Source: an uncultured virus (IMG/VR IMGVR_UViG_3300018080_008055)
Lineage: Duplodnaviria; Heunggongvirae; Uroviricota; Caudoviricetes
Reading direction: 5' to 3' (one strand)
IMG/VR virus record: IMGVR_UViG_3300018080_008055
DNA: 64,000 nucleotides
This document shows positions 53,123-61,253 of the stretch, piece after piece. The notes under the pieces are model-generated. The model did not search any database. It worked only from the letters and a program-made list of their open reading frames with translations, and was not told where the DNA came from. Every line of letters starts with the position of its first letter. Position 1 is the first letter of the stretch. The position numbers and the translations under genes are program-made.

Positions 53123-53185
53123 GATAATCACTAATTAGATTTTTATATTTTAAGTTAATTTAGATTAAAAAAAATAGTTATGTTA

Positions 53186-53671
53186 TTATTGTTTGTATTT
53201 TTTTAGATCAGATTCATTATAAGAGCTTTGATAAAACCGAGTCATTATTTTTTTTGCAGTTTGAGTATTCATTTTTTTAATCTTTGCTCTTGTCAATTGG
53301 GAGTATTTTATTTTAATTTCTCCTAAATTATTTAATATCCCCATTGCTATAATCAGTCTTCCTTTAGCCTCTTTATCTTTATCCGTAAAAGCAACTAATA
53401 GATCGGTTTGATAATCTTTCATAGTTAATTTTTTTACATGAACTGAAAATTCCCATCCTCCGAGTTTATCTTTTAATTCTTGTAAATTCTTTGCTCTTAC
53501 ATCAAAGTAGCCGTATTGTCTAATTATTGGAGACCTCATATTAGGCCTATGCCAAACCTCCCCCGAATAAGAAACATTATTCTTACCTCGCCTATGTTTA
53601 TAGACCTCTTTAAATTGCCAACCTCTTATTTTAAAATCCTTAACTTTTTTATCTTCGTTTTTTGAACTCAT
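53186..53671 (-). CDS. Basic protein, AKxL paralog family
   Basis: FDVRAKNLQELKDKL. Confidence 0.65.
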   Translation of the reverse strand: MSSKNEDKKVKDFKIRGWQFKEVYKHRRGKNNVSYSGEVWHRPNMRSPIIRQYGYFDVRAKNLQELKDKLGGWEFSVHVKKLTMKDYQTDLLVAFTDKDKEAKGRLIIAMGILNNLGEIKIKYSQLTRAKIKKMNTQTAKKIMTRFYQSSYNESDLKKYKQ

Positions 53672-53812
53672 TTTAATCTTTTTTATTTAGTATTATTTAT
53701 ATTAATTATAATTTGGAATAGCAACTATAAAAATTTTAATCAACCCGGAAAAATTTTAAAAAATTTAGTTAGGACCAAAAAAGTAAGCCTGGAATAAAAA
53801 AGAGAAAAAAAA

Positions 53813-54058
53813 TTATTTTGTAATTAAATCCATTCCGGTTTCAATAGCCTCTAATACTCTTAATAACTCTCCAGAAGTTCCTACACCTAGAGGAGATCCG
53901 GTTTGAGACCATTTGCCATTGTAAATTTTATATAAATCTAGATATTTACGGTTATATCTTTGACCTAGCATTATTTTTTTCTTTATTCCCTTATTTGCTA
54001 TTCGTTTATTTATCCGTTTTATCTTAGATTCTAATTCTTTTAGTGATACTCTAGCCAT
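53813..54058 (-). CDS. Small basic hypothetical protein
   Basis: MARVSLKELE...; track start 54067. Confidence 0.7.
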   Translation of the reverse strand: MARVSLKELESKIKRINKRIANKGIKKKIMLGQRYNRKYLDLYKIYNGKWSQTGSPLGVGTSGELLRVLEAIETGMDLITK

Positions 54059-54117
54059 TATAATCAATTTTATTTTATGTTATATAAAAATTAGATAAAA
54101 AAAATATAAAGATTAGG

Positions 54118-54423
54118 TTATCTAATTAATAACCCATCTTCCAAATTCTGCCAAACATAGTAATTTTTTCTTAGTCTTTCTCCTTTAGGAGAGTCTGAAA
54201 TTCTTTCCATAGTTATTTTATTAACATTATTAAGGTTTTGGAAAAAGGATTTTTTAATTGCAATTACTCTTCCTTTAAGTATATAGCCTTTTTTGAGAGG
54301 CTTCCATAGTGTCCCCTTTTTTGTCTCTATGGTATAATGATCATCTTGAATCAGAATATCTCCTTTAGATAAAATTGGTTTTTTAGCTCTATTATATCCG
54401 GAAATTTTTATTGTTTTAGCCAT
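54118..54423 (-). CDS. Small basic hypothetical protein
   Basis: MAKTIKISG...; stop codon abuts the next promoter copy. Confidence 0.7.
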   Translation of the reverse strand: MAKTIKISGYNRAKKPILSKGDILIQDDHYTIETKKGTLWKPLKKGYILKGRVIAIKKSFFQNLNNVNKITMERISDSPKGERLRKNYYVWQNLEDGLLIR

Positions 54424-54487
54424 TATAATCAATTTTTATTATTTATTGAATATCTAAAAATTAGATTAAAAAAATATAAAGATTAGG

Positions 54488-54745
54488 TTATAAATTCCAA
54501 CCCTTTAGTCTACTAATAATCCCATCTTTCACACCTTGTCTAACAATATTATTGATCTTACTTTTTAATTCCTCTTTATTTTTAGCTCTGAAATCCATAT
54601 CGGCTAATTTAATTGTTCTATTGCCATCTCTCAATAATAGAGTAAAAGTATAAAGATCGTTTAAATCTTTATAAGAAGACTTTTTAATATCTTTAATAAT
54701 AAATTTAGACCTAGTGTTAATTTCAAAAGATTTTATCGAATCCAT
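54488..54745 (-). CDS. Small basic protein, AKxL paralog family
   Basis: MDFRAKNKEELKSKI. Confidence 0.7.
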   Translation of the reverse strand: MDSIKSFEINTRSKFIIKDIKKSSYKDLNDLYTFTLLLRDGNRTIKLADMDFRAKNKEELKSKINNIVRQGVKDGIISRLKGWNL

Positions 54746-54809
54746 ATTTTATCATTTAAATTATTTTAAATAAAAATTAGAATAAAAAAATATAAAGATT
54801 AAGGTTCAA

Positions 54810-55727
54810 TTATTTTCTTTTTGAACCGGGTATCTTCTTTTTAGATTTTCGTTTCATTTTAAAATCAACTTTCCAAATCACTAAGCCAATTACAATTACA
54901 ATAATTATTGCAGGTATCATTACCATTAGAAGTTCTATCCAATCAATTTCAGTTTCTCCGGCATTAATTGGTTGAATCCCCTCGTCGTAAATTTCCTCTA
55001 TTTCATCAGAGGATAAGGCCGAATCAAAAATAGCAACCTCATCTAAAGAACCATTCCAAAAGCCTTCTGGATTAAAACCATAATCAGCCCCTATTAAGAG
55101 ATCCTCATTGGAATTTTTTAAAGTTCCTACTTCTTCTTCAGTTGCAACTTTATCACCATCAATATATAGTTTTAGCTCATCACCGTCATAGACTCCGGCT
55201 ATATGATACCAATCGCCTACCTCAATTTCCGTTGAAATATCATACGCAACCTTTTCCCAACCACTTGTATAAATCCATAAGGTTAATTCAGAATTAGACT
55301 CAAGATCTAATACGAATCCTTTTGTGTGTGCAGGATCATCTCCAGATTTACTTATTATTGACTGATAACTTGCAATATCATTTGTTTTAACCCAAGCCGT
55401 AATTGTGAATTTATCAAAATCATTTAAAGAATTGTCATCACCCACTCTTACAAAATCATTTGAACCATCTAGCTTAAGAGCATTACCATAATCATCTTGA
55501 CTTTCTGTATAAGATCCCCCATCTAATGTACCATGATTTTCCTCTCCAGATAAGTCTAAGGCCTCAAAAGTTTTATTATCGAAATTCCAATATCCCTTAA
55601 GATCTTCGTGATAGACCGGATCTGTTTCTGAAATTATAAAAGCTGAACTAAAGCTAGTTAGGCCTCCGATTATGGTAATGAAAAGAAAAGTTGATAATAC
55701 CAAAATTGCTTTTCTGTTATTTTTCAT
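54810..55727 (-). CDS. LamG-like jelly-roll surface protein, type I membrane, ending SKRK
   Basis: GYWNFD, ALKLDGSNDFV, FTITAWVK, WYHIAGVYDG..LKLYIDG, GSLDEVAIFDSALS; signal peptide and C-terminal TM. Confidence 0.9.
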   Translation of the reverse strand: MKNNRKAILVLSTFLFITIIGGLTSFSSAFIISETDPVYHEDLKGYWNFDNKTFEALDLSGEENHGTLDGGSYTESQDDYGNALKLDGSNDFVRVGDDNSLNDFDKFTITAWVKTNDIASYQSIISKSGDDPAHTKGFVLDLESNSELTLWIYTSGWEKVAYDISTEIEVGDWYHIAGVYDGDELKLYIDGDKVATEEEVGTLKNSNEDLLIGADYGFNPEGFWNGSLDEVAIFDSALSSDEIEEIYDEGIQPINAGETEIDWIELLMVMIPAIIIVIVIGLVIWKVDFKMKRKSKKKIPGSKRK

Positions 55728-55810
55728 ATTTATCAATTAAAAATTGTATTTAACTAATTATTAGATAAGCTATAATAAAAAATTTAAGTTTGAAAGAAAT
55801 TTAATAAAAA

Positions 55811-56065
55811 CTAAAGCCATTTATTACCGGTAAATTCCGTTGAGGTTTTTAGTGATTCTCTTATTTTTCTTTCAAAATCTTTTAGACTTGTAGTATAGCT
55901 CTCAACACTAGCTATTTTTTTATTATTTGAGAAAATATCGGCTTTATAATGGAATTTTCGATAGCCTGGAGAGGTTATAACATTTGTTTTTCTTCCTAAT
56001 TTCTCAATATTCTTTATTTGAATAGTGATATATATTGTAAATTTAATATCTTTAATAGAAGTCAT
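55811..56065 (-). CDS. Small basic protein, AKxL paralog family (diverged)
   Basis: KKIASVESYTTSLKDFERKI. Confidence 0.65.
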   Translation of the reverse strand: MTSIKDIKFTIYITIQIKNIEKLGRKTNVITSPGYRKFHYKADIFSNNKKIASVESYTTSLKDFERKIRESLKTSTEFTGNKWL

Positions 56066-56106
56066 AAATAAAAAATGGATAAAGAAAAATAAAAAGATTA
56101 GGTATT

Positions 56107-56547
56107 TTAATCAGTTCTAACGTAAAAAGGAACAGGAGTTGTACCGGCTTTTTTAAGTTGTATTTTTTTTATTTTTCCGTTTTTAATGATATATTTATTA
56201 GGTCCTTTAATCCAGATTGTTTTTTCTTCAATGTTTATCTTATCTAATTTCTTTTTTACTACATATTTATTTGCAAATTCATAGTTATTTACATAAATAT
56301 TTTCTAAGCCGGAACTCCAATCGAAAACCTCATAAATGTTTTTTGGCTTTAGACCTAATCGTTTTAGCTCTTTCTGAATTTTGAGGAAAAAATCGATCTT
56401 TTGTTTTTTTGTTAAGGAACTTTTTACATTAACGCCTTTCTCTCTTCCTATACTTTTAAGATTAGAATTTGAAACCTTTTCTAAATCGGTTTTAGTAAGA
56501 GATAAAAAAGGCTTTCGCATTGCTTTGCTAAAATCTTCAAATGTCAT
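56107..56547 (-). CDS. Basic protein with possible HeH/Rho-N-like motif
   Basis: LEKVSNSNLKSIGREKGVNVKSSLTKKQKIDFF. Confidence 0.55.
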   Translation of the reverse strand: MTFEDFSKAMRKPFLSLTKTDLEKVSNSNLKSIGREKGVNVKSSLTKKQKIDFFLKIQKELKRLGLKPKNIYEVFDWSSGLENIYVNNYEFANKYVVKKKLDKINIEEKTIWIKGPNKYIIKNGKIKKIQLKKAGTTPVPFYVRTD

Positions 56548-56644
56548 AATTATCGTTTTTTAAAATTAATTGTTGAATAAATATTAAATTAACTTTAATA
56601 AAAGTTTTCGCCTGGAATAATTAAAAAATTAGATGAAAGAAGAG

Positions 56645-56971
56645 TTATTTTTTTTTTAATTTGACTAATCTCTTCTCAGCTTTATTGATTTCTTTATTAG
56701 TTGTTTTAATTTTTTTCTTTAATTCGGCTATTTCAGTCTTTTTTAATTCGATCTTGTAAGCTATTCGATCTGGTTTCTTGGATTCTTTCTCTAGATACTC
56801 TGGAGTATCTTTAACCTTATCGGAGACAATTTTCATTAGTCTTTTCTTTTCTATCTTATGATCACTTTTCATTCTAGCTAAGACTCTATTTGCAGTTAAA
56901 TATTCGGCCTTTTGATTCTCTAGCCTTTCTTTTAATTTTTTAATAATATTAGTTTGACTTCTAACACTCAT
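56645..56971 (-). CDS. Basic coiled-coil protein
   Basis: Heptad-rich; track start 56980. Confidence 0.65.
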   Translation of the reverse strand: MSVRSQTNIIKKLKERLENQKAEYLTANRVLARMKSDHKIEKKRLMKIVSDKVKDTPEYLEKESKKPDRIAYKIELKKTEIAELKKKIKTTNKEINKAEKRLVKLKKK

Positions 56972-57030
56972 TGTTATCAATTAGTTTTATTTTATTATAA
57001 ATTTAGATTAAAAAAATAAAAAGATTAGGT

Positions 57031-57390
57031 TTAATTATTTTTAGGAGGAAATAAAAAATCATTTATAGCTTTCTTTTGTAATTTCCTATCCTTAATCTTA
57101 ACGGTTTTTCTTGAAAATCGCCTATTTACCATTAACCATTTTAGACCTGTATCAATTATGTTCTTAGATACTTTTTGATTTCTCCTAAAGTCTTTTGAAC
57201 TCATTTTACCCTCGCTTAGATCTTCCCACATTTTACTTATAGAGGTAATCTTCTTTTTAACTCTCATTCGATATAACTCTAAAATAATATGTTCGCCATT
57301 ATGGTAAGTACTAGCTATTCCTCCATCTTCAGTAATGATTATGGTTTCTTTAGGATTCTCAATTATTATTAAGGCTTTTGCTAATTTCAT
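57031..57390 (-). CDS. Hypothetical basic protein
   Basis: Flanked by promoter copies. Confidence 0.65.
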   Translation of the reverse strand: MKLAKALIIIENPKETIIITEDGGIASTYHNGEHIILELYRMRVKKKITSISKMWEDLSEGKMSSKDFRRNQKVSKNIIDTGLKWLMVNRRFSRKTVKIKDRKLQKKAINDFLFPPKNN

Positions 57391-57463
57391 TTTAATATTC
57401 CATATTTGTTTTTAATTTAAATATATAAATAATACTTAGATTAAAAAAATAAAAAGATTAAGG

Positions 57464-57700
57464 TTAATAAATAAATTTTTTTTCTTTTAGATTAGTTTCT
57501 AGTCGTTTAATTAGAATATCAGCTTTTTTAATGGAAAGGCTTAAACTATTAACCATTTGATCAGCAATAGACTTATCTTTTTTAAATTTAAAAGCATGAC
57601 TTGTTGTTATCATCCCAAATATGCTTTCCATTTCTTTTCTATTTCTCTTTAGTATCTTTAAAGTTGCAACCGGATTTCTTGTTTGAACTATAATGCTCAT
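57464..57700 (-). CDS. Hypothetical basic protein
   Basis: ORF with AGGA RBS. Confidence 0.6.
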   Translation of the reverse strand: MSIIVQTRNPVATLKILKRNRKEMESIFGMITTSHAFKFKKDKSIADQMVNSLSLSIKKADILIKRLETNLKEKKFIY

Positions 57701-57702
57701 TT

Positions 57703-58008
57703 TTACATTCCTTTCCTTTTTCTATTAAAGAATTTATAGAGAATAAAGAATATTACAAAAAATACTATGCTCACTATTAAACTTGAAATTCCGGTTATCC
57801 AGGTGGCTATTGAATAGCCGGTAAGACCTATAGTCTCCATAAAAATAGATCCTACTAAAGAACCGGTGATTAGATAATAGATGTTTAATAATATTCCTAA
57901 TCCGGAAAGAATTGTTAAAACTAAGAAAACTAAGGTTGCTATGGAAAAGATTAAACTACGATCACTTTTAGATAGGCTAGAACTTTGAGGTTTTCTTCTC
58001 GTACTCAT
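57703..58008 (-). CDS. Small hydrophobic two-helix membrane protein with N-terminal TRRK
   Basis: MSTRRKPQ; two long hydrophobic segments; basic C-terminus. Confidence 0.75.
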   Translation of the reverse strand: MSTRRKPQSSSLSKSDRSLIFSIATLVFLVLTILSGLGILLNIYYLITGSLVGSIFMETIGLTGYSIATWITGISSLIVSIVFFVIFFILYKFFNRKRKGM

Positions 58009-58098
58009 ATTTTATCAACTCATTGATTTTTATATTTATTAAAATGTATAAGTGTGATTAAAATTAAGATTAAAAAAATATAAAGTTCTAGTAAGCTC

Positions 58099-58797
58099 TT
58101 AGAGATTAGAAGAATTGTAATTGATTTTTCCTTTTCTAGTTAATCTTATCATTCCATTTCTTACCAAAATGAATTTTTGGAATTTTAGGAGTTTTAATGA
58201 ATCCTCTTTATAACTCCAATGGTTTTTAGCTCTTGTTATTGAAATAGGTTGATTTTCAGCTATAAAATCTAAAAACATTCTATCATAAGCCTTTAGAGGC
58301 CTATTATCTACATGAAATTCTAGACCTTTATTACTAATTTTATAGAGCTTTGATTTTCCGGATTTTTTTATGATTATGAATTTTCTCTCTAAAGGAGTTT
58401 TAATTGAGGTTCTAACTGAGGATTCACTAATCTTTAGGTTTAAGGCTATTTCTTTTATGGAATACCAAGTTGTTTTATGATCTCTTAAAAAGGAGATTAG
58501 CTTTTTTTGATTCTTCCCTAGTTTTATATAAGATACTTTAGAGGTATAGTTTAGCTTTCTTCTTAGGTCTTCTATTTTCCGTTTAGTATTATAATAATCG
58601 TGTTCAATTTGTTTGAAATTGTTTTTTCTTTCCCATTCCTTTCTCTCTAATCTTTCTGGATGAGTTTTGATTAGCATACTTGTATAAGGATATTTATTTC
58701 TTCTAATCTTATATAATTTCCAATATTCCTTATCTAATTGTTTAAATTTTTTAACCAGGCTTTCTAATTTTAACCATTGTGGAGTTAAATAGCTCAT
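58099..58797 (-). CDS. Protein with two wHTH domains
   Basis: SIKEIALNLKISESSVRTSI...LYKISNKG; second unit ...IRLTRKG. Confidence 0.7.
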   Translation of the reverse strand: MSYLTPQWLKLESLVKKFKQLDKEYWKLYKIRRNKYPYTSMLIKTHPERLERKEWERKNNFKQIEHDYYNTKRKIEDLRRKLNYTSKVSYIKLGKNQKKLISFLRDHKTTWYSIKEIALNLKISESSVRTSIKTPLERKFIIIKKSGKSKLYKISNKGLEFHVDNRPLKAYDRMFLDFIAENQPISITRAKNHWSYKEDSLKLLKFQKFILVRNGMIRLTRKGKINYNSSNL

Positions 58798-58810
58798 TTT
58801 AATTTACCTT

Positions 58811-59143
58811 TTAATTTTTTGATTTCGTTTTAAAATACGTTGAGATATTTCCGGGAAGTCTTTTGTAAATCCAATTATTTTTAGTTAATTGATTATAACT
58901 AATTCTTTTATTGGTAATATCTCTCCAAACATTATTATAAGTTTGATTCAAATAGCCTTTTGTTTCTGTTGTTTTACTTCCGGAGAAATTCTTTCCTAAT
59001 ATAAGATCCTCTATTTCCTCCTCAACTTTAATCGGTAATTTTCCGGATTCATACCAAGTTGAAACCCAATTTGGTAAAATATCATATCTAAAATAAAGTG
59101 TGTATAATAATTTCTTGGTTTTATTTAGTTCTTTTATTCCCAT
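58811..59143 (-). CDS. Hypothetical protein
   Basis: ORF in operon. Confidence 0.6.
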   Translation of the reverse strand: MGIKELNKTKKLLYTLYFRYDILPNWVSTWYESGKLPIKVEEEIEDLILGKNFSGSKTTETKGYLNQTYNNVWRDITNKRISYNQLTKNNWIYKRLPGNISTYFKTKSKN

Positions 59144-59155
59144 AAAGTTTAACCT

Positions 59156-59485
59156 TTATTTGTTTAGAATCTTACCTCTCAATTCATTAACGGCTTGGCT
59201 TTTCTCTCGAATTATTTTGCTATACCAATAATAAATAGTTTCTCGCCTCATTGACTTTATATTGAGAAATAATGTATCAACCTCTCTCATAGAGGATACT
59301 CGGCTAATTGTTTTAAAAATAACAAAAAGTTTTACGGCTTGATGTTCCTCTAATTTAGGTTTCTTTAATAGTTCTTTTATATATGGTTCTACTATACTTT
59401 TTCTCCAATTAGAAATAGAGGTTTTTTCCTTTCCGACTTGAACAATTGCTTTATCTTTATAATTTGTGATTTTTACTTTAACCAT
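59156..59485 (-). CDS. Hypothetical protein with a MxxExxYYWYSK motif
   Basis: LEEHQAVKLFVIFK...IKSMRRETIYYWYSKI. Confidence 0.6.
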   Translation of the reverse strand: MVKVKITNYKDKAIVQVGKEKTSISNWRKSIVEPYIKELLKKPKLEEHQAVKLFVIFKTISRVSSMREVDTLFLNIKSMRRETIYYWYSKIIREKSQAVNELRGKILNK

Positions 59486-59544
59486 GATTAAAAGTTGATT
59501 TAAGTTTGATTTAAGTTTTGTGCTAGGTTTGAATTTATTCTATT

Positions 59545-60303
59545 CTAAATATATTTTATAATGCTATTTTGATTTTTAGAAGTTTTTTTTAAATTGCTTA
59601 ACCAAATATTTTTAGCAACACTAGGCTTATTAAGAATTTTTTCCCATTTAATAAAATCATTATATAAATTTGGAAAATCCTTAAGGACCTTAATATAGAT
59701 ATAAGCCTGGTAAAATCTACACCAATAACAAGAAGAGACTCCATATTTTTTATAATAATTTTTAGTAGGAATTTTAATTTCGTTTTTTTCTATAAAACGA
59801 TCTCTAAAAGAAGTATTCCAATTTAATAGGGGGAAAACCATTATATCGTTGTTAGTGTCATAGTCGGGTTTAAAGAAGTCATTTCCTTTATAAATTTTAT
59901 TTCTCCTAGAGCTTTCATTTTTTCTTACAGCATTCAATTTATAAAAAACTCCTTTTTCAAATTCCTTTTCTAACACTTTTTTTTGAGGCCTCCATTTCAA
60001 ATCTCTAGAACACCAAGCCGTTTGAAAATTAGGAAAGTTTCTTTTATGATCCTCTGGGTTTGAAATCAACAAATCTAGTTCAAGTGATTTTGCCGTTTTT
60101 TTAATTGCCTCTAAAGTTCCCGGAAATTCAATACCGGAATCACAATAAAAACAGATAAAATTATCAGTAATCTTCTTTACTAAATGTAGTAAGGCTATTG
60201 AATCTTTTCCTCCGGAAAAATTAATGATTAATGGTTTTTTAGTCTCTCTTACGGCTTTTTTAATGACTCTAATTGAGCTTTTCAATGGATTATCTTCGAT
60301 CAT
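59545..60303 (-). CDS. PAPS reductase family protein (DndC/SspD-like) with PIP-like C-terminus
   Basis: FSGGKDS, DSGIEFP, WCSRDLKWRP, VRKNESSRR, PLLNW, SCYWC; ends QNSIIKYI. Confidence 0.85.
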   Translation of the reverse strand: MIEDNPLKSSIRVIKKAVRETKKPLIINFSGGKDSIALLHLVKKITDNFICFYCDSGIEFPGTLEAIKKTAKSLELDLLISNPEDHKRNFPNFQTAWCSRDLKWRPQKKVLEKEFEKGVFYKLNAVRKNESSRRNKIYKGNDFFKPDYDTNNDIMVFPLLNWNTSFRDRFIEKNEIKIPTKNYYKKYGVSSCYWCRFYQAYIYIKVLKDFPNLYNDFIKWEKILNKPSVAKNIWLSNLKKTSKNQNSIIKYI

Positions 60304-60326
60304 TTTAAATCCTTTTTGTTAAGAGA

Positions 60327-60887
60327 TTAAAAATTAAAATTTAAATAAATATAGCCAAATCCGATCATAATTCCAATGAGATTTGAGATTAGATCTTGAA
60401 TAATATTAGGTAATGGTTCAGAAATATATTTTGCATACGATTTTTTAATTTGTAATTTTTTATTAAACCTTTTATTTATAGATTCAAAAGTATATTCAAT
60501 TATTTCAAAAGCAATTGTTAAGAAAAAAGTAATCAATATCAAGTTAGATGGATCTAGATTAAATACAACTAATAAGTAAAAGTAGAATCCTAAACCTCCT
60601 AAGATATGTGTATATATATCAATTGCTTTTATGGAATTAAAGAATTTATTAGCCTCTGGCTTTTCATAAAGGCCGGTATTCATTGCAATTATCTGAAGAA
60701 TCGTGAAAGTCATAAAAAAGAAAAGAGCTTCCTCATAATATTTATTAGTAGAATCGGTATAACAGAAAAGGTAAATTATCATTGCAATTAAAATAATATA
60801 GAGAGTGAAATACCAAATATTATTCTTAGTTGAAGACTGAAATTTATTCCAAAAATTTCTTTTTGATTTTCTCCTGGAGTCATTCAT
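60327..60887 (-). CDS. Polytopic membrane protein with a metal-hydrolase-like H/E/D pattern (DUF2238/VanZ-like) and N-terminal SRRK
   Basis: MNDSRRKS; DIYTHILGG, FEIIEY, DLISNLIG. Confidence 0.65.
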   Translation of the reverse strand: MNDSRRKSKRNFWNKFQSSTKNNIWYFTLYIILIAMIIYLFCYTDSTNKYYEEALFFFMTFTILQIIAMNTGLYEKPEANKFFNSIKAIDIYTHILGGLGFYFYLLVVFNLDPSNLILITFFLTIAFEIIEYTFESINKRFNKKLQIKKSYAKYISEPLPNIIQDLISNLIGIMIGFGYIYLNFNF

Positions 60888-60892
60888 TTTTT

Positions 60893-61252
60893 TTAAATAA
60901 AAATTGCAATTATGGTTTGTAATGGAATGATATTCTTTTCGTAATAATCAAGTTCTGTTTTTTTTAAAACAAATATATCATATTTAACTAATTCTCCTTT
61001 CATTATTTTGAGAGGAATCATTAAATCCTTAGCTTGTTTCTTACTTAAGGCTTTTTTATTTATGCAAAAGATTTTATGAGCTTTTTCAAGAATCTCTAGA
61101 CCTCTTAACATCCTCCGGTATTCTCGTTTTGGAGTCTTTTTTAATCTGATCTCTATCTTATGTTCTTTAACTTCTTTTCTATAATTTCTTAAGACTCTAT
61201 TTAATTCTCTACATAATTTTACTTGTTTTTCTTTATCAATTCTGATTCTCAT
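60893..61252 (-). CDS. Hypothetical basic protein
   Basis: Coupled to the ATPase gene. Confidence 0.6.
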   Translation of the reverse strand: MRIRIDKEKQVKLCRELNRVLRNYRKEVKEHKIEIRLKKTPKREYRRMLRGLEILEKAHKIFCINKKALSKKQAKDLMIPLKIMKGELVKYDIFVLKKTELDYYEKNIIPLQTIIAIFI

Positions 61253-61253
61253 A

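Larger units (their letters stand above)
49931..58092 (-). promoter_or_regulatory. Array of a conserved ~30 bp promoter motif, ACCTAATCTTTWTATTTTTWTAATCTAA (minus strand)
   Basis: Copies at about 49931-49959, 50263-50292, 52291-52320, 52818-52847, 54089-54118, 54459-54488, 54774-54805, 56074-56103, 57001-57030, 57435-57464; degenerate at 58061-58092; another at 63101-63123. Confidence 0.8.

Noticed and set aside
49931..58092. CRISPR array or integron attC array
   Set aside because: The repeats are separated by whole genes of variable length, lack attC-like dyad structure, and no cas or integrase gene is visible; a promoter explains their position.
59905..59930. ESSRRNK in the PAPS-reductase-like protein as another SRRK instance
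   Set aside because: It is the internal family motif RxxESxxR in a soluble enzyme and is not SRRK.
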